Of a stretch of DNA of 64,000 bases, positions 19,480-29,090 are shown one piece after another. The stretch's first letter is position 1; each line of letters opens with the position of its first letter. The stretch comes from an uncultured Solirubrobacteraceae bacterium. GTDB taxonomy: Bacteria > Actinomycetota > Thermoleophilia > Solirubrobacterales > Solirubrobacteraceae. Made by a program: the position numbers and the translations under genes. The stretch lies in NCBI GenBank assembly GCA_964588985.1, contig CAZPQW010000014.1:31938-95937 (forward strand). Direction: 5' to 3'. The notes beneath the pieces are model-generated. The model ran no database searches. It saw only the letters and a list, made by a program, of their open reading frames with translations, and was not told the origin of the DNA.

Positions 19480-19779
19480 ATGAGCGCGGTTCTCGTCCGC
19501 TACCGAGTCAAGCCCGACCGCGCGGACGAGAACGCCGAGCTGGTGCGCGCGGTATACGAGGAGCTCGCCGCGCATCAGCCCCCGGGCTTTCGCTACGCCA
19601 CGTTCGTGCTCGACGATGGCGTGACCTTCACGCACATCGCGTTCACGGACGAGGGGCACGAGGCGCCGCTTGCGCAGCTGGCCTCCTTCCAGCGCTTTAC
19701 CGCCGCGATCGCGGAGCGCTGCGACGAGCCGCCGCAGACGACGCGGCTCTCGCAGCAGGTCGGCTCCTACCGACTCTGA
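19480..19779 (+). CDS. Hypothetical protein, ABM/dimeric alpha-beta barrel-like
   Basis: MSAVLVRYRVKPDRADENAELVRAVYEEL...FTHIA. Confidence 0.75.
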   Translation: MSAVLVRYRVKPDRADENAELVRAVYEELAAHQPPGFRYATFVLDDGVTFTHIAFTDEGHEAPLAQLASFQRFTAAIAERCDEPPQTTRLSQQVGSYRL

Positions 19780-19784
19780 CCGCG

Positions 19785-20174
19785 TTACGCCGCGGCGACC
19801 TCGGCGAGCGTGCTCAGAGATGCGCGAATGACCTCCTTCTGAGTCTCGAGTCGAGCGGCCTCGGCCTCGGGGATCTCGACGTGGACGTTGATGCGCGTGC
19901 GCTCGCCGTCGAGCGGCTCGAGAACCCACTCGAAGACCAGGTCCGAGACCAGGCAGGAGACCTTCACCGAGCGCCCGTCGCGCTGGGTGTCGAGCATCTG
20001 AGCCATAGGGAAATCGGGGTAGCCGTCGGGGAACATCGTGTACTTGCCGTCCGTCCCGGGCTCGACGGTGGCGATCCCCGCCCACCACTCCGGGAAGCGC
20101 GAGGGGTCATACAGCAGCTTCCACACCTCCTCCGGGGGTGCCTGGGCGTCGGCGCTGTCATGAAAGGACGGCAT
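19785..20174 (-). CDS. SRPBCC (START/Bet v1) family protein
   Basis: APPEEVWKLLYDPSRFPEWW. Confidence 0.85.
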   Translation of the reverse strand: MPSFHDSADAQAPPEEVWKLLYDPSRFPEWWAGIATVEPGTDGKYTMFPDGYPDFPMAQMLDTQRDGRSVKVSCLVSDLVFEWVLEPLDGERTRINVHVEIPEAEAARLETQKEVIRASLSTLAEVAAA

Positions 20175-23100
20175 GTGGGGCTCCTTGGTCGTTTTTCTCG
20201 AGCAGGTCGAGCTCGCTCTGAACGCGCTCCAGCTCCCGCTCCGGCTCGATCAGGCCGACGACGGGACGACCGAGATCCGCCAGCACCGCCGCCATCCGCT
20301 CGCCGCGCGACAGGCGCGAGAGCTGGCGCCGCCAGCCATCGGCCGCCTCCTGGAGGCGGCGGGCGGCGAGCGCGCGGTCGCCGCCGCGCCACGCGATCAG
20401 ACCCTGGACGCGGGTGAGCCTCGGCACAAGCGTCTCGGGCCAGTCGCTCGCGCGCAGCGGCTCGAGCGCCGTGGCGCGCACCTCCGCCTCGGCCTCCTCG
20501 AGCCGGCCGAGGCGGGCAAGCGCCTCCGCACGGGCCAGGCGCGTCACCGCCGGGCTGATGGGCGCATCCTCCACCAGCGCCGCCTCCAGCAGCGTCGCGG
20601 CGAGTGACGCGTCGTCCTCGGCGAGCGCGACCATGCCGCGATCGTGTGCGGTGGCCGCGATCAGCTGGCGGTCGTCGATCCGCTCGGCGATCGCGGTGGC
20701 GGAGTCAGCGGCGGCGCGCGCGCCGCCGAGGTCGCCGGCGCGCAGCAGCAGGAACGAGCGCATCGCGAGCAGCTGGATCTCCAGCGGAGCGAGCCCCTTG
20801 CCGGAGAGGACATCGTCGAGACGGTCGAGGAACCGCATCGCCCGCTCGAGGTCTCCCGCGGCGGCCGCCGCGCCCGCGGCGTTCGCCCAGCACCCGTAGG
20901 CGAGGTCCGGCCGTCCGGCGCGGGCGATCGCCTCTCCCGCCGCGATCGAAGGCGCGTAGGAGCCCTGGAAGTCTTCGCGCCTCACCGCAGCGAGCGCCCG
21001 CGCGTGGGCGACGTCGTAGGTGGAGAGGTCGTCGACCGGCTCGTCCGCGGTCAGGAGGTGAAGCTCCGCGAGCAGTCTCTCCGCCTCCTCGACGCTGCCC
21101 GCCACCGCCTCCGCCCACGCGAGCGCCGCGAGCGCCTCGCGTCGCTCCAGCTTGGCGGGGCCCGCGACGGTGTCCAGCTCCGCGAGCGCCTTCGCACAAC
21201 ATTCGAGTACGAGTGCGGGCACGCAGATCGGGCCGTGATACCAGCGTGCGCCGCGCAGCCACGCGCGCGCACGCTCCAGCGCGGGCGCATCGTGGAGCAG
21301 ATCGATCGCGGTGGCGAACGCCTCCTCGGCCTCCGCACGGCGGCCGTGCCACGCCTCGACCTCGGCCAGCTCGAGCAGTAGATCCGCGCGCTTCGGAGCG
21401 ATCGAGACGGCCTCGCGCAGATAGCCGGCGGCCTCCTGCAGCGCCGCCACCGCGCGCGCCTCGGCGGCTGCGAGCGCGAGCTGCTCGACGGCCTCCGAGT
21501 CGCGTCCGGCGAGTCGCAGGTGGCGTGCCAGCTCCGCGCCGCGCTGCGCGTCCGTGTTGGCGAGCAGGATCTGCGCCCACGCGTCGTGGAGTGCGACGCG
21601 GCGCGGTTCGGGGATCTCCGTGTAGACGGCTTCGCGCAGGAGTGCGTGGCGAAAGCCGACGCGACGCTCGCGCGCGACGAACATGCCACTTTCGAGAGCC
21701 TCCGTCGCAGCCTGCGCCGGCTCGTCGATCGGCAGCGCGGCGATCTCGCGGGAATCGAGCTCGCGCGCGGCCACCGCGGCGATCTCCACGAAGCCCTGCG
21801 CCATGGCGCCGAGCGCCCCGAACGCGCCGGCCACGGCGCCGCGCAGACCCGCCGACAGCTCCCGCTCGCCGCGCGCGAGCGCGCGCGCCATCTCCACCGC
21901 CAGGAGCGCGTTGCCCTCGGACGCTTCGACCACGCGCTCGACATCGTCGTCCTCGAGCTGCGCGGCGCTGCGCGCGAGGTCGGCCACGTAGGTTGGCGCG
22001 AGTGGGCCGAGCGCGAGCTCCGCGTGCATCAACCCTCGCGCGCGAAGAGCGTTCTCGAGCGTGTCGGCCTCCACGCGACGAGGTCGCTCGCGCCGTGTGA
22101 GCACGAGCAGCACCGGCAGGCTCGCGACGCGCCGCGCTACGTAGCCGGTCAGCTCGAGGCTCGCGCCGTCGCTGATGTGCAGGTCCTCGAGCAGCAGCGC
22201 GAGCGGACGCGTGCGCGCGGCCCACTCGACGAGCGCGACGACCGCCTCGAGCAGGCGCGCGCGCTCGAGCTCCGGCGAGGCGGGCGGGCGCTCGGTCGGC
22301 TCGCGCTCGAAGCGCGCGTGGATGTCGGGCACGAGGCGGGCGAGATCGTCGGGCCACACGGCGCCCGGCGGCGGGCTGGGCAGGGTGAGGAGCATCTCCC
22401 TGATCAGCTCCGCCCACATTCCGAACGGCGCGGCGCCGCCGAGATCGAGAGCGGCGCAGGAGGCGGTTGCGGCTCCGTCTCGCGCGGCCAGCGCGAGCAG
22501 CTCGCACGCGAGACGCGTCTTGCCGATGCCGGCCTCGCCGGTGAGCGTGACGACGCCGCCATGGCCATCGGTCGCGAGCCTCCACGCTCGCCCGAGGCGG
22601 TCCAGCTCCTGCGAGCGGCCCACGAGCGCCAGCAGGTTTGCGAGGTCCGGCAGCGCGAGCGCCGCGGCGGGCTCCTCGCGAAGATCCTCCACGAGCTGGC
22701 GGGTGAGCAGGGAGGGAGCGACGGACAGCTCGCGGCGCAGGCGATCGGCTAGCGAGCGGTAGGCGAGCAGCGCGGCGGCGCGATCGCCCGACTGCGCGAG
22801 GCGAGCGATGAGGCGACGATGCGCCTCCTCACCGAACGGGTCGCTCGCGACCTGTTGGCGGCTCCACTCGATCGCGCCGTCGGCGTCGCCCGCCTGCTCG
22901 CACTCGCACGCGAGGCGCTCGAGCGCTTTCAGCAACTGCTCACGATGGGTTGCGCGTGCGCTCGAGATCCACTCGTCCTCGAAGCCGCTCAGCAGCTCGC
23001 CGTCGCACAGGGCGACTGCGTCGCTGTCGCGGCCCTGTTCGATCAGCTCCGCGAAGGCGCGGGCGTCGACCCACAGATCGGCGTCAGCCAGCGCGACGTC

Positions 23101-23361
23101 GTCGCGGCCGGCGATCAGGAGCCGATCGGCCTCCTCGCCGAGCGCCTTGCGCAGAGACCACACCGCGCTGCGCAGGCTCGCACGGGCGCTCGCATCGAGC
23201 ACATCGGGCCAGAAGCGCGCGGCGAGCTCGCCGCGCGACTGCGGGCCCGGGTGCAGTGCAAGGTAGGCGAGCAGCGACCAGGCGCGACGCGACGCGGGTG
23301 CGGGCAACTCCTTCCCGTCGCGCTCGACCCCCATCCGCCCGAGCACGCTGACTCTCAGCAC
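20158..23361 (-). CDS. SARP/BTAD + AAA ATPase + TPR transcriptional regulator
   Basis: LRVSVLG, LLAYLAL, FWPD...SLRSAVWSLRK, DPFGEEAHRRL, LVGRSQEL, GEAGIGKT, LLLEDLH and FRHALLREAVY. Confidence 0.9.
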   Translation of the reverse strand: MLRVSVLGRMGVERDGKELPAPASRRAWSLLAYLALHPGPQSRGELAARFWPDVLDASARASLRSAVWSLRKALGEEADRLLIAGRDDVALADADLWVDARAFAELIEQGRDSDAVALCDGELLSGFEDEWISSARATHREQLLKALERLACECEQAGDADGAIEWSRQQVASDPFGEEAHRRLIARLAQSGDRAAALLAYRSLADRLRRELSVAPSLLTRQLVEDLREEPAAALALPDLANLLALVGRSQELDRLGRAWRLATDGHGGVVTLTGEAGIGKTRLACELLALAARDGAATASCAALDLGGAAPFGMWAELIREMLLTLPSPPPGAVWPDDLARLVPDIHARFEREPTERPPASPELERARLLEAVVALVEWAARTRPLALLLEDLHISDGASLELTGYVARRVASLPVLLVLTRRERPRRVEADTLENALRARGLMHAELALGPLAPTYVADLARSAAQLEDDDVERVVEASEGNALLAVEMARALARGERELSAGLRGAVAGAFGALGAMAQGFVEIAAVAARELDSREIAALPIDEPAQAATEALESGMFVARERRVGFRHALLREAVYTEIPEPRRVALHDAWAQILLANTDAQRGAELARHLRLAGRDSEAVEQLALAAAEARAVAALQEAAGYLREAVSIAPKRADLLLELAEVEAWHGRRAEAEEAFATAIDLLHDAPALERARAWLRGARWYHGPICVPALVLECCAKALAELDTVAGPAKLERREALAALAWAEAVAGSVEEAERLLAELHLLTADEPVDDLSTYDVAHARALAAVRREDFQGSYAPSIAAGEAIARAGRPDLAYGCWANAAGAAAAAGDLERAMRFLDRLDDVLSGKGLAPLEIQLLAMRSFLLLRAGDLGGARAAADSATAIAERIDDRQLIAATAHDRGMVALAEDDASLAATLLEAALVEDAPISPAVTRLARAEALARLGRLEEAEAEVRATALEPLRASDWPETLVPRLTRVQGLIAWRGGDRALAARRLQEAADGWRRQLSRLSRGERMAAVLADLGRPVVGLIEPERELERVQSELDLLEKNDQGAPHAVLS

Positions 23362-23390
23362 CGTTCAAGCCTACGGCACGTAGATGCGGT

Positions 23391-23419
23391 TTGACGCTCG
23401 CTTGACGCTCGCTCAACGC
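23391..23419 (+). repeat. 11-bp-period direct repeats; likely SARP binding site
   Basis: TTGACGCTCGC TTGACGCTCGC TCAACGC, between the SARP gene and the divergent operon. Confidence 0.75.
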
Positions 23420-23474
23420 ACCCCCGGTCAAGGTGCTCACACAGTCCAAACACAGCACCGACAAAGGAGCAGCG

Positions 23475-23837
23475 ATGAGCACCACGACGACATTCGACCT
23501 CGCGACGTTCACCAGGGCGATCGAGGAGCGCGACGCGAGCACCCAGCTGGCGATGTACGCGGACGACGCATCGGTAACGCTCGCCGACCGCAACGCCCAG
23601 CCGGGCTCGCCGCGCGTACTTCACACCAAGGGTGAGATCGCCACATGGGTGGAGGACGTGTGCGCGCGCGACATGACGCACAAGGTCGGCCACACTGTCT
23701 CCGATGAGACCGGTGTGGCGTTCACCGAGGCGTGTCGCTACCCGGACGGGACGAACGTCCTGTGCGCCACGGTGCTCGAGATCGAGGACGGTCTGATCGT
23801 GCGCCAGGTCGGCGTGCAGGCATGGGACGAGGCGTAG
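23475..23837 (+). CDS. SnoaL-like / NTF2-family protein
   Basis: FTRAIEERDA...MYADDA...CRYPDG...VQAWDE. RBS AAGGAG. Confidence 0.85.
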   Translation: MSTTTTFDLATFTRAIEERDASTQLAMYADDASVTLADRNAQPGSPRVLHTKGEIATWVEDVCARDMTHKVGHTVSDETGVAFTEACRYPDGTNVLCATVLEIEDGLIVRQVGVQAWDEA

Positions 23838-23839
23838 AG

Positions 23840-24130
23840 ATGCTCTACGCGATGACGGTCCGGCGACTGAAGCCGGGCACATACGAGGACTACGTGAACG
23901 CGTGGACGCTCGACGCGCTGCCCGCCGGCTGGACGCGCGTCACGACGGTGCGCAGCGTCGAGGACGAGAACGAGGTCGTGTCGTTTGGCTTCTTCGACGG
24001 CTCGATGGAGGACCTGCGCCGCTCGCAGGAGCAGTTCGACTACGCGGGTCAGCGCGCACGGGTGGAAGAGTTCGTCGAGAGCACCGGCACGGATGGCATC
24101 TTCGAGGTGACGACAGAGATGGGGGGCTAG
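23840..24130 (+). CDS. Hypothetical protein, ABM-like fold
   Basis: MLYAMTVRRLKPGTYEDYVNAW...VVSFGFFDG; operonic spacing. Confidence 0.75.
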   Translation: MLYAMTVRRLKPGTYEDYVNAWTLDALPAGWTRVTTVRSVEDENEVVSFGFFDGSMEDLRRSQEQFDYAGQRARVEEFVESTGTDGIFEVTTEMGG

Positions 24131-24132
24131 CG

Positions 24133-24993
24133 ATGAGCACGACCGAATTCGACCCGATCCGTTACAAGACGACGACGCTCACGCAGTGGGAGGAGGCGGC
24201 CGATTCCTGGCATCGCTGGGGCCCGACGATCGAGACGTGGCTCGACGAGGCGACCGAGGCGATGCTCTCGATGGCGAACATCGCGGCCGGCGGGCGCGTG
24301 CTCGACGTGGCCGCGGGGGCCGGCGGGCAGACGTTGCGCGCGGCGCATCGTGTGGGGCCGTCTGGCAGCGTGCTCGCGACGGACATCTCACCGCGGATAC
24401 TCAGCTTCGCCGAGAGCGAGGCGCACGCGATGGGGCTCGAGAACGTGCACACGAAGGTGATGGACGGCGAGTCGATCGACGTGGAGCAGGGACAGTTCGA
24501 CGCGGCGATCTCGCGCGTGGGGTTCATCTACTTCCCCGACCAGCAGGCGGCGCTCACCGGTATCCGTCGAGCGTTGAGGTCAGGGGGGAGGCTCGCGGGG
24601 GTCGTTTACTCCACACCTGAGGCCAACCGCTTCTTCTCGATCCCCGTGTCGATCATCCGTCGTCGTGCGCAGTTGCCCGCGCCGGCTCCGGGTCAGCCGG
24701 GGCCGTTCAGCCTCGGCGCGCCGGGTGCGATCGAGGCGGCGTACGAGCGGGCGGGGTTCACGGACATCGAGGTGCGTCACATCGACTCGCCGCTGCGGGC
24801 CGCCTCGGCGGCGGAGTGTGTGCGCTTCGAGCGGGAGTCCTTCGGCGCCCTTCACCAGATGCTCTCCGGCCTGAGCGAGGCTGGGCGCGAGGAGGCATGG
24901 GGGGAGATCGAGCGGGAGCTGTCCGCGTTCGAGGGTGGCTCGGGCTTCGAGGGCCCGTGCGAGATGATCGTGGCGGCTGGGACGGCGCCTTGA
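24133..24993 (+). CDS. Class I SAM-dependent methyltransferase (UbiE-like)
   Basis: Motifs VLDVAAGAG, TDISP, FDAAISR and PGPFSL. Confidence 0.9.
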   Translation: MSTTEFDPIRYKTTTLTQWEEAADSWHRWGPTIETWLDEATEAMLSMANIAAGGRVLDVAAGAGGQTLRAAHRVGPSGSVLATDISPRILSFAESEAHAMGLENVHTKVMDGESIDVEQGQFDAAISRVGFIYFPDQQAALTGIRRALRSGGRLAGVVYSTPEANRFFSIPVSIIRRRAQLPAPAPGQPGPFSLGAPGAIEAAYERAGFTDIEVRHIDSPLRAASAAECVRFERESFGALHQMLSGLSEAGREEAWGEIERELSAFEGGSGFEGPCEMIVAAGTAP

Positions 24994-25006
24994 ACGGGGC
25001 TGTTGG

Positions 25007-25417
25007 TTAGGCGCGCAGCGACGCGTCGTCGAGCTCGAGGCCGACGACGCGCGCGACGCGGTCCAGGTCTGCGTCATGGGCGAGGAGGGAGGCGCCTCTT
25101 CGCCACGCGACCGCGGCGATCATGCAGTCGAGCATGCCGTGTGGTGTGACACCGGCGGCGCGGCAACGACGGTAGATGCGCACGGCTCCGTCGAAGTCGC
25201 TCACCGTGTCGAAGCTCAGGAGCTGGAAGCGCAACAGCAGCCTGCGCAGTTCGGCCTCACGCTCGCCATCGCGTGCCCCGGCAAGCACCTCCATCACCAC
25301 GGGGTCCGTGACCGCCACCGGCCCATCGGTCGCGATCAGCTCTGCGAGGCGACGATCGACCGCGCTACCGGTTCCACGGTCGTACTCGACCCACGCGGAG
25401 GTATCCGCGAGGATCAC
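25007..25417 (-). CDS. vapC: VapC PIN-domain toxin
   Basis: Motifs ILADTSAW, MEVLAG, DCMIAA and HDADL. Confidence 0.92.
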   Translation of the reverse strand: MILADTSAWVEYDRGTGSAVDRRLAELIATDGPVAVTDPVVMEVLAGARDGEREAELRRLLLRFQLLSFDTVSDFDGAVRIYRRCRAAGVTPHGMLDCMIAAVAWRRGASLLAHDADLDRVARVVGLELDDASLRA

Positions 25418-25626
25418 GCGAGCGCGGGCGGCGGGACGTCCGCAGGGGGCTCGGAGATTGCGTGTGCCCCCCGCATCCTCCGTGCTTCCTCGAGCGTCAT
25501 GGGCTGCCCCGCGAGATGGCGCAAAGCGAGATCGACCGCCGCTGTCTTGGTTCGCACTCCGTAACGGTCCATGATCGTCTGCACGTACTCATCCTCGATC
25601 TCGATGTTCGTCCGCACCGCACTCAT
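25414..25626 (-). CDS. vapB: VapB antitoxin (ribbon-helix-helix)
   Basis: RTNIEIEDEYV...YGVRTKTAAVDLALR. Overlaps the vapC start; TATGAT lies 6 nt before the ATG (leaderless). Confidence 0.9.
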   Translation of the reverse strand: MSAVRTNIEIEDEYVQTIMDRYGVRTKTAAVDLALRHLAGQPMTLEEARRMRGAHAISEPPADVPPPALA

Positions 25627-25662
25627 ACACCAATCATACACCAAGCGTGTAGAAGGCGTGTA
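25626..25662. promoter_or_regulatory. Probable VapBC operator
   Basis: TACAC-N6-TACAC-N5-GTGTA-N6-GTGTA, overlapping the -10 element. Confidence 0.65.
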
Positions 25663-25761
25663 AAGATGGGACGGCTTGTAGGAGAGGTTATCTCCGGCTT
25701 CGGGGCTCTCGTCGGAGAGCAGACCGAGCGTGTTTGCCTCGACCTCGGCAGCCGGTTGGCG

Positions 25762-28458
25762 TCAGCTGGGCAGCGTCGGCGGTGCGGCGGGGTCTATGTC
25801 CACGGCGACGGCCGGGGTGGCGACGGCCGCGGGGGTGGCGGCGGCCTGGACAGCTGCCACCTCGCGCGGGTCCACGGTCGGGAGCTCGCCCGGCTCTGCG
25901 GGGGGCTTCGCGTTGAACAGCCCCTCGATCGCTTTCGCGGGGGCGGCCTCGCCCATGAACGGCCCCTGGGCCTGCGCGCATCCCATGGCGTGGAGGGTGA
26001 TCATCTGCTCTTCGGTCTCGATGCCCTTGGCGACGACCGCAAGCGACAGGTCGCGTCCGAGTACGAGGATCGCCTCGAGCAGCCACTTGCGGTAGTCCTC
26101 GTCGTCGGTGGCCGCGAGCGAGCTGCGGTCGACCTTGAGGAAGTCGAGCGGCAGGCGCTGTAGGTCGGAGTGGTTGGCGTAGGCGCTGCCGAAGTCGTTG
26201 ATCGCGATCCGCACGCCCATCTGCTTGATCTCGCCGAGGCGAGCGGTGGCGGCGTCGACATCACTCATGATCGTGTGCTCGGGTATCTCGAGCGTGAGCA
26301 GCGAGGGGTCGATCCCGGACTGCTGCAGCGCGCGGCGCACGTCGGTGACGAAGCCGTCGCGGTTGAGCTGCGTGCCGGTCACCTCCACCGAGATGCCGAC
26401 GGTGTGGCCGGCGACGTTCCATGCGGCTGCGCGGCTGCACGCCTGCTCCAGGACCCAGCGGCCGATCGGCACGATCAGCCCTGTTTCCTCGGCCAGCGGC
26501 AGGAAGTCCTCAGGAGCGACGACGCCGTGCTTGGGGCGCATCCAGCGAACGAGGGCCTCGAGGCCCACGACCTTGCGCGTGGCGAGGTCGAAGATCGGCT
26601 CGTACAGCAGGAAGAACTGCTTTTCCTGCAGTGCGTTGTTGAGCTCCCCCTCGAGCATCCCCTGGTCCTCGATGACGGAGCGCATGTTGGCGTTGAAGAG
26701 CGTGTAGCGGTCCTTGCCGGCGGCCTTCGCGGCGAGCAGCGCGAGGCGTGCGTCGCGCAGCATGTCGTCGGCTGTGGCGTAGCGGCCGAAGGCGACACCG
26801 ATGCTGGCGGTGACGAGGAAGTTGGGCCCGAAGTTGTCGAGCTCGGCGGGCTTGTGCAGGGACTCGATCACACGGCGGGCGAGGGAGTCCAGGCGCGCGC
26901 CGCGGGCCGCGGACTCGACCAGGATCACGAACTCGTCCCCGCCGAGGCGTCCGACGGAGTCCTGCTCTCGCACGACGTTCTCGAGGCGTTCGGCGACGAT
27001 CTTCAGCAGCTGGTCGCCGGTCGCCGTCCCGAGCTTGTCGTTGACGTCCTGGAACCAGTCGATGTCGATGAACAGCGCGCCCACGAGCAGGCCCGACTCG
27101 CGTCCCGCCCTGGCGAGCATGCGCTGCGCGCGGTCGAGCATCAGCGCGCGGTTGGGCAGGCCGGTGAGCTCGTCGTAGAGATCCTCCTGCGGGTCGCGGT
27201 CCTCGAGCTTCGACACGCGTCCGGCGCCCAGCGCGAACACGAGCAGGCCGAGGAGCGCGCTCAGCAGGGTGCCCGCGATCAGCACGTCGCGTGCGCTCCC
27301 GTCCGTGAGCACGCTCGTGGCGGGCGCCGTCCCGTAGGTCCTGACCGTCCAGCCGTTGCGGAGGTTGGTGGTTGTGCTCGGGGTCCCCGGCTTGGCGGTT
27401 CCGCTGGTGAACAGGATGTGTGAGGCGCTCGTGCGGTAGCGAATCCGCACCGCGCTGCCCGGGTGACCCCTGAGGGCCTGTTCCAACATCACACCCGGAG
27501 CGAGCACCTCGCTCATCCATCCCACGAATGCGGCCATGCGGCCACCGAACGTGTGTGGCGGTGCTGCCCCTCGGTAGACGGGCATCTGGATTTCCAGTCC
27601 GCTCGTGTGTCCGATGGCGACCGGCACGGAGGTGGTGGCGCCGTTGTCGCGTGCGATCAGCATGCCGGGGGTGACGGCGCAGAAGTCCAACCCCGCGGGA
27701 GCTTCGGTGCTAGCGCTCCGGGCAAGTTCTACGGACGTGAGGCAGTAGTAGGGGCGTGCGCCCGCGGGCAGGATGCGCAGGTTCGAGCTCGCGCTGCTGA
27801 GCGGCTTGGTCTTGCCTTCGAGCGCCTGGATGGGTGTCTGGCCGGTGATCGCGGCGCTGAACCTCGGCAGGTCGCTTGCTCGGACGATTGTCACTAGGCC
27901 GAGCTTCTCGAGCTGTGGGAAGCGGTGCAGCGTCTGTGCCCATTTCGCCCACGCCGCGAATTCCGCGGGCGTGGCTTTGGGGTTGCCGGCGAAGAACGTG
28001 CCCGCGCCGATCGCGAGGTCTTCCTCGTGCTGAATCGCGAGCTTCAGCCGCAGTGCGATCTCGGCGGAGCTCAGACGGAGCGTCTGCTGTGCTTCGGTCT
28101 TGTCGGTTCGAAGCACGGTTTGCGCTCTGAGCAGCGAGCCGACGGTACCGCCGGCGACGCACAGCACCGCGATGGCCGCCCATACGCTTTTTCGGCCCGG
28201 AGCGAGGCGTGTGAAGCGCGAGCCTCCAGCGTCCGGTGTGCTCTGGGTGAGGGTGGCGTCCGCCAGGGCGCTGCCGTAGACGCCCTGCGGCTGCGGCGTC
28301 GCCTGTGGCTCGGCCGGCGGAGGTAGGGGTATAACGGGTGGCGGTAGGGGTACAGAGCTTTGATCGGGCTGTGCGGCGACAGGCGCCGGCCCGTCAGCGG
28401 AGGCGTCGGGCGCTTTGACGGGCTCGGGGTTGCTCTGAGGGTTTTCGCTGTCTGACAT
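25762..28458 (-). CDS. Membrane CHASE-like + GGDEF + degenerate EAL protein
   Basis: TM-sensor-TM, DELTGLPNR, RLGGDEF and LEALVRW, but with NDFGSAY and VAKGIET. The start may extend to ATG 28575. Confidence 0.88.
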   Translation of the reverse strand: MSDSENPQSNPEPVKAPDASADGPAPVAAQPDQSSVPLPPPVIPLPPPAEPQATPQPQGVYGSALADATLTQSTPDAGGSRFTRLAPGRKSVWAAIAVLCVAGGTVGSLLRAQTVLRTDKTEAQQTLRLSSAEIALRLKLAIQHEEDLAIGAGTFFAGNPKATPAEFAAWAKWAQTLHRFPQLEKLGLVTIVRASDLPRFSAAITGQTPIQALEGKTKPLSSASSNLRILPAGARPYYCLTSVELARSASTEAPAGLDFCAVTPGMLIARDNGATTSVPVAIGHTSGLEIQMPVYRGAAPPHTFGGRMAAFVGWMSEVLAPGVMLEQALRGHPGSAVRIRYRTSASHILFTSGTAKPGTPSTTTNLRNGWTVRTYGTAPATSVLTDGSARDVLIAGTLLSALLGLLVFALGAGRVSKLEDRDPQEDLYDELTGLPNRALMLDRAQRMLARAGRESGLLVGALFIDIDWFQDVNDKLGTATGDQLLKIVAERLENVVREQDSVGRLGGDEFVILVESAARGARLDSLARRVIESLHKPAELDNFGPNFLVTASIGVAFGRYATADDMLRDARLALLAAKAAGKDRYTLFNANMRSVIEDQGMLEGELNNALQEKQFFLLYEPIFDLATRKVVGLEALVRWMRPKHGVVAPEDFLPLAEETGLIVPIGRWVLEQACSRAAAWNVAGHTVGISVEVTGTQLNRDGFVTDVRRALQQSGIDPSLLTLEIPEHTIMSDVDAATARLGEIKQMGVRIAINDFGSAYANHSDLQRLPLDFLKVDRSSLAATDDEDYRKWLLEAILVLGRDLSLAVVAKGIETEEQMITLHAMGCAQAQGPFMGEAAPAKAIEGLFNAKPPAEPGELPTVDPREVAAVQAAATPAAVATPAVAVDIDPAAPPTLPS

Positions 28459-28617
28459 GGCGGTCTCTGCCTGCTCTCGGCATGCGAACTTCCGCTCCCG
28501 ATCTCTGCACGCGTGTTTGCGCTCGCGATCAGTGATCGAATCGCGACCGCACCGCGATTCACAAAACGCCTGCATCCGGACGGATATGCGACTGGCGTGC
28601 GGCGCTAAGTTGAGTAC

Positions 28618-29052
28618 ATGGCCTTCGCGCCTCCAGCACGCCACCTGCTGCGCGCCAAGGACCTGGCCGACGCGCGCTACTTCGAAGCTCTGAGTGTGCA
28701 GGAGATGGCTCACGCCGCTGGGCTCTCGCGCGCGCACTTCAGCCGCGAGTTCCGCCGTGCCTTCGGAGAGTCGCCGCACGCGTATCTGCTCACCAGGCGC
28801 CTCGAGCGTGCGGCTGCGCTGCTGCGGAGCACCGATCGCTCGATCACGGAGATCTGCTTCTCGGTGGGGCTGCGCAGCCTGGGGTCGTTCACCACCAGCT
28901 TCACACGCACGTACGGGATGCCGCCGACTATCTATCGAGCGTCCTTCCCGCCTGCCTCCAGCTACGCACTGATACCCACGTGTGTCCTGCGCGCCTACGG
29001 GCGACCGCAACGCAGCACGTTTCGAGAAGACAGCGACACCGGGGCTGCCTAG
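28618..29052 (+). CDS. AraC-family transcriptional regulator (HTH only)
   Basis: LSRAHFSREFRRAFGESPHAYLLTRRLERAAALL...GSFTTSF. Confidence 0.92.
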   Translation: MAFAPPARHLLRAKDLADARYFEALSVQEMAHAAGLSRAHFSREFRRAFGESPHAYLLTRRLERAAALLRSTDRSITEICFSVGLRSLGSFTTSFTRTYGMPPTIYRASFPPASSYALIPTCVLRAYGRPQRSTFREDSDTGAA

Positions 29053-29090
29053 GATCGCTGGCGACCGGTAAGTTCGACCAGGAGAAACCG

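Noticed and set aside
23391-23419. Short tandem repeats here and at 25623-25644 as CRISPR-like arrays
   Set aside because: They are 11-bp units without spacers or cas genes, and are better explained as operators.
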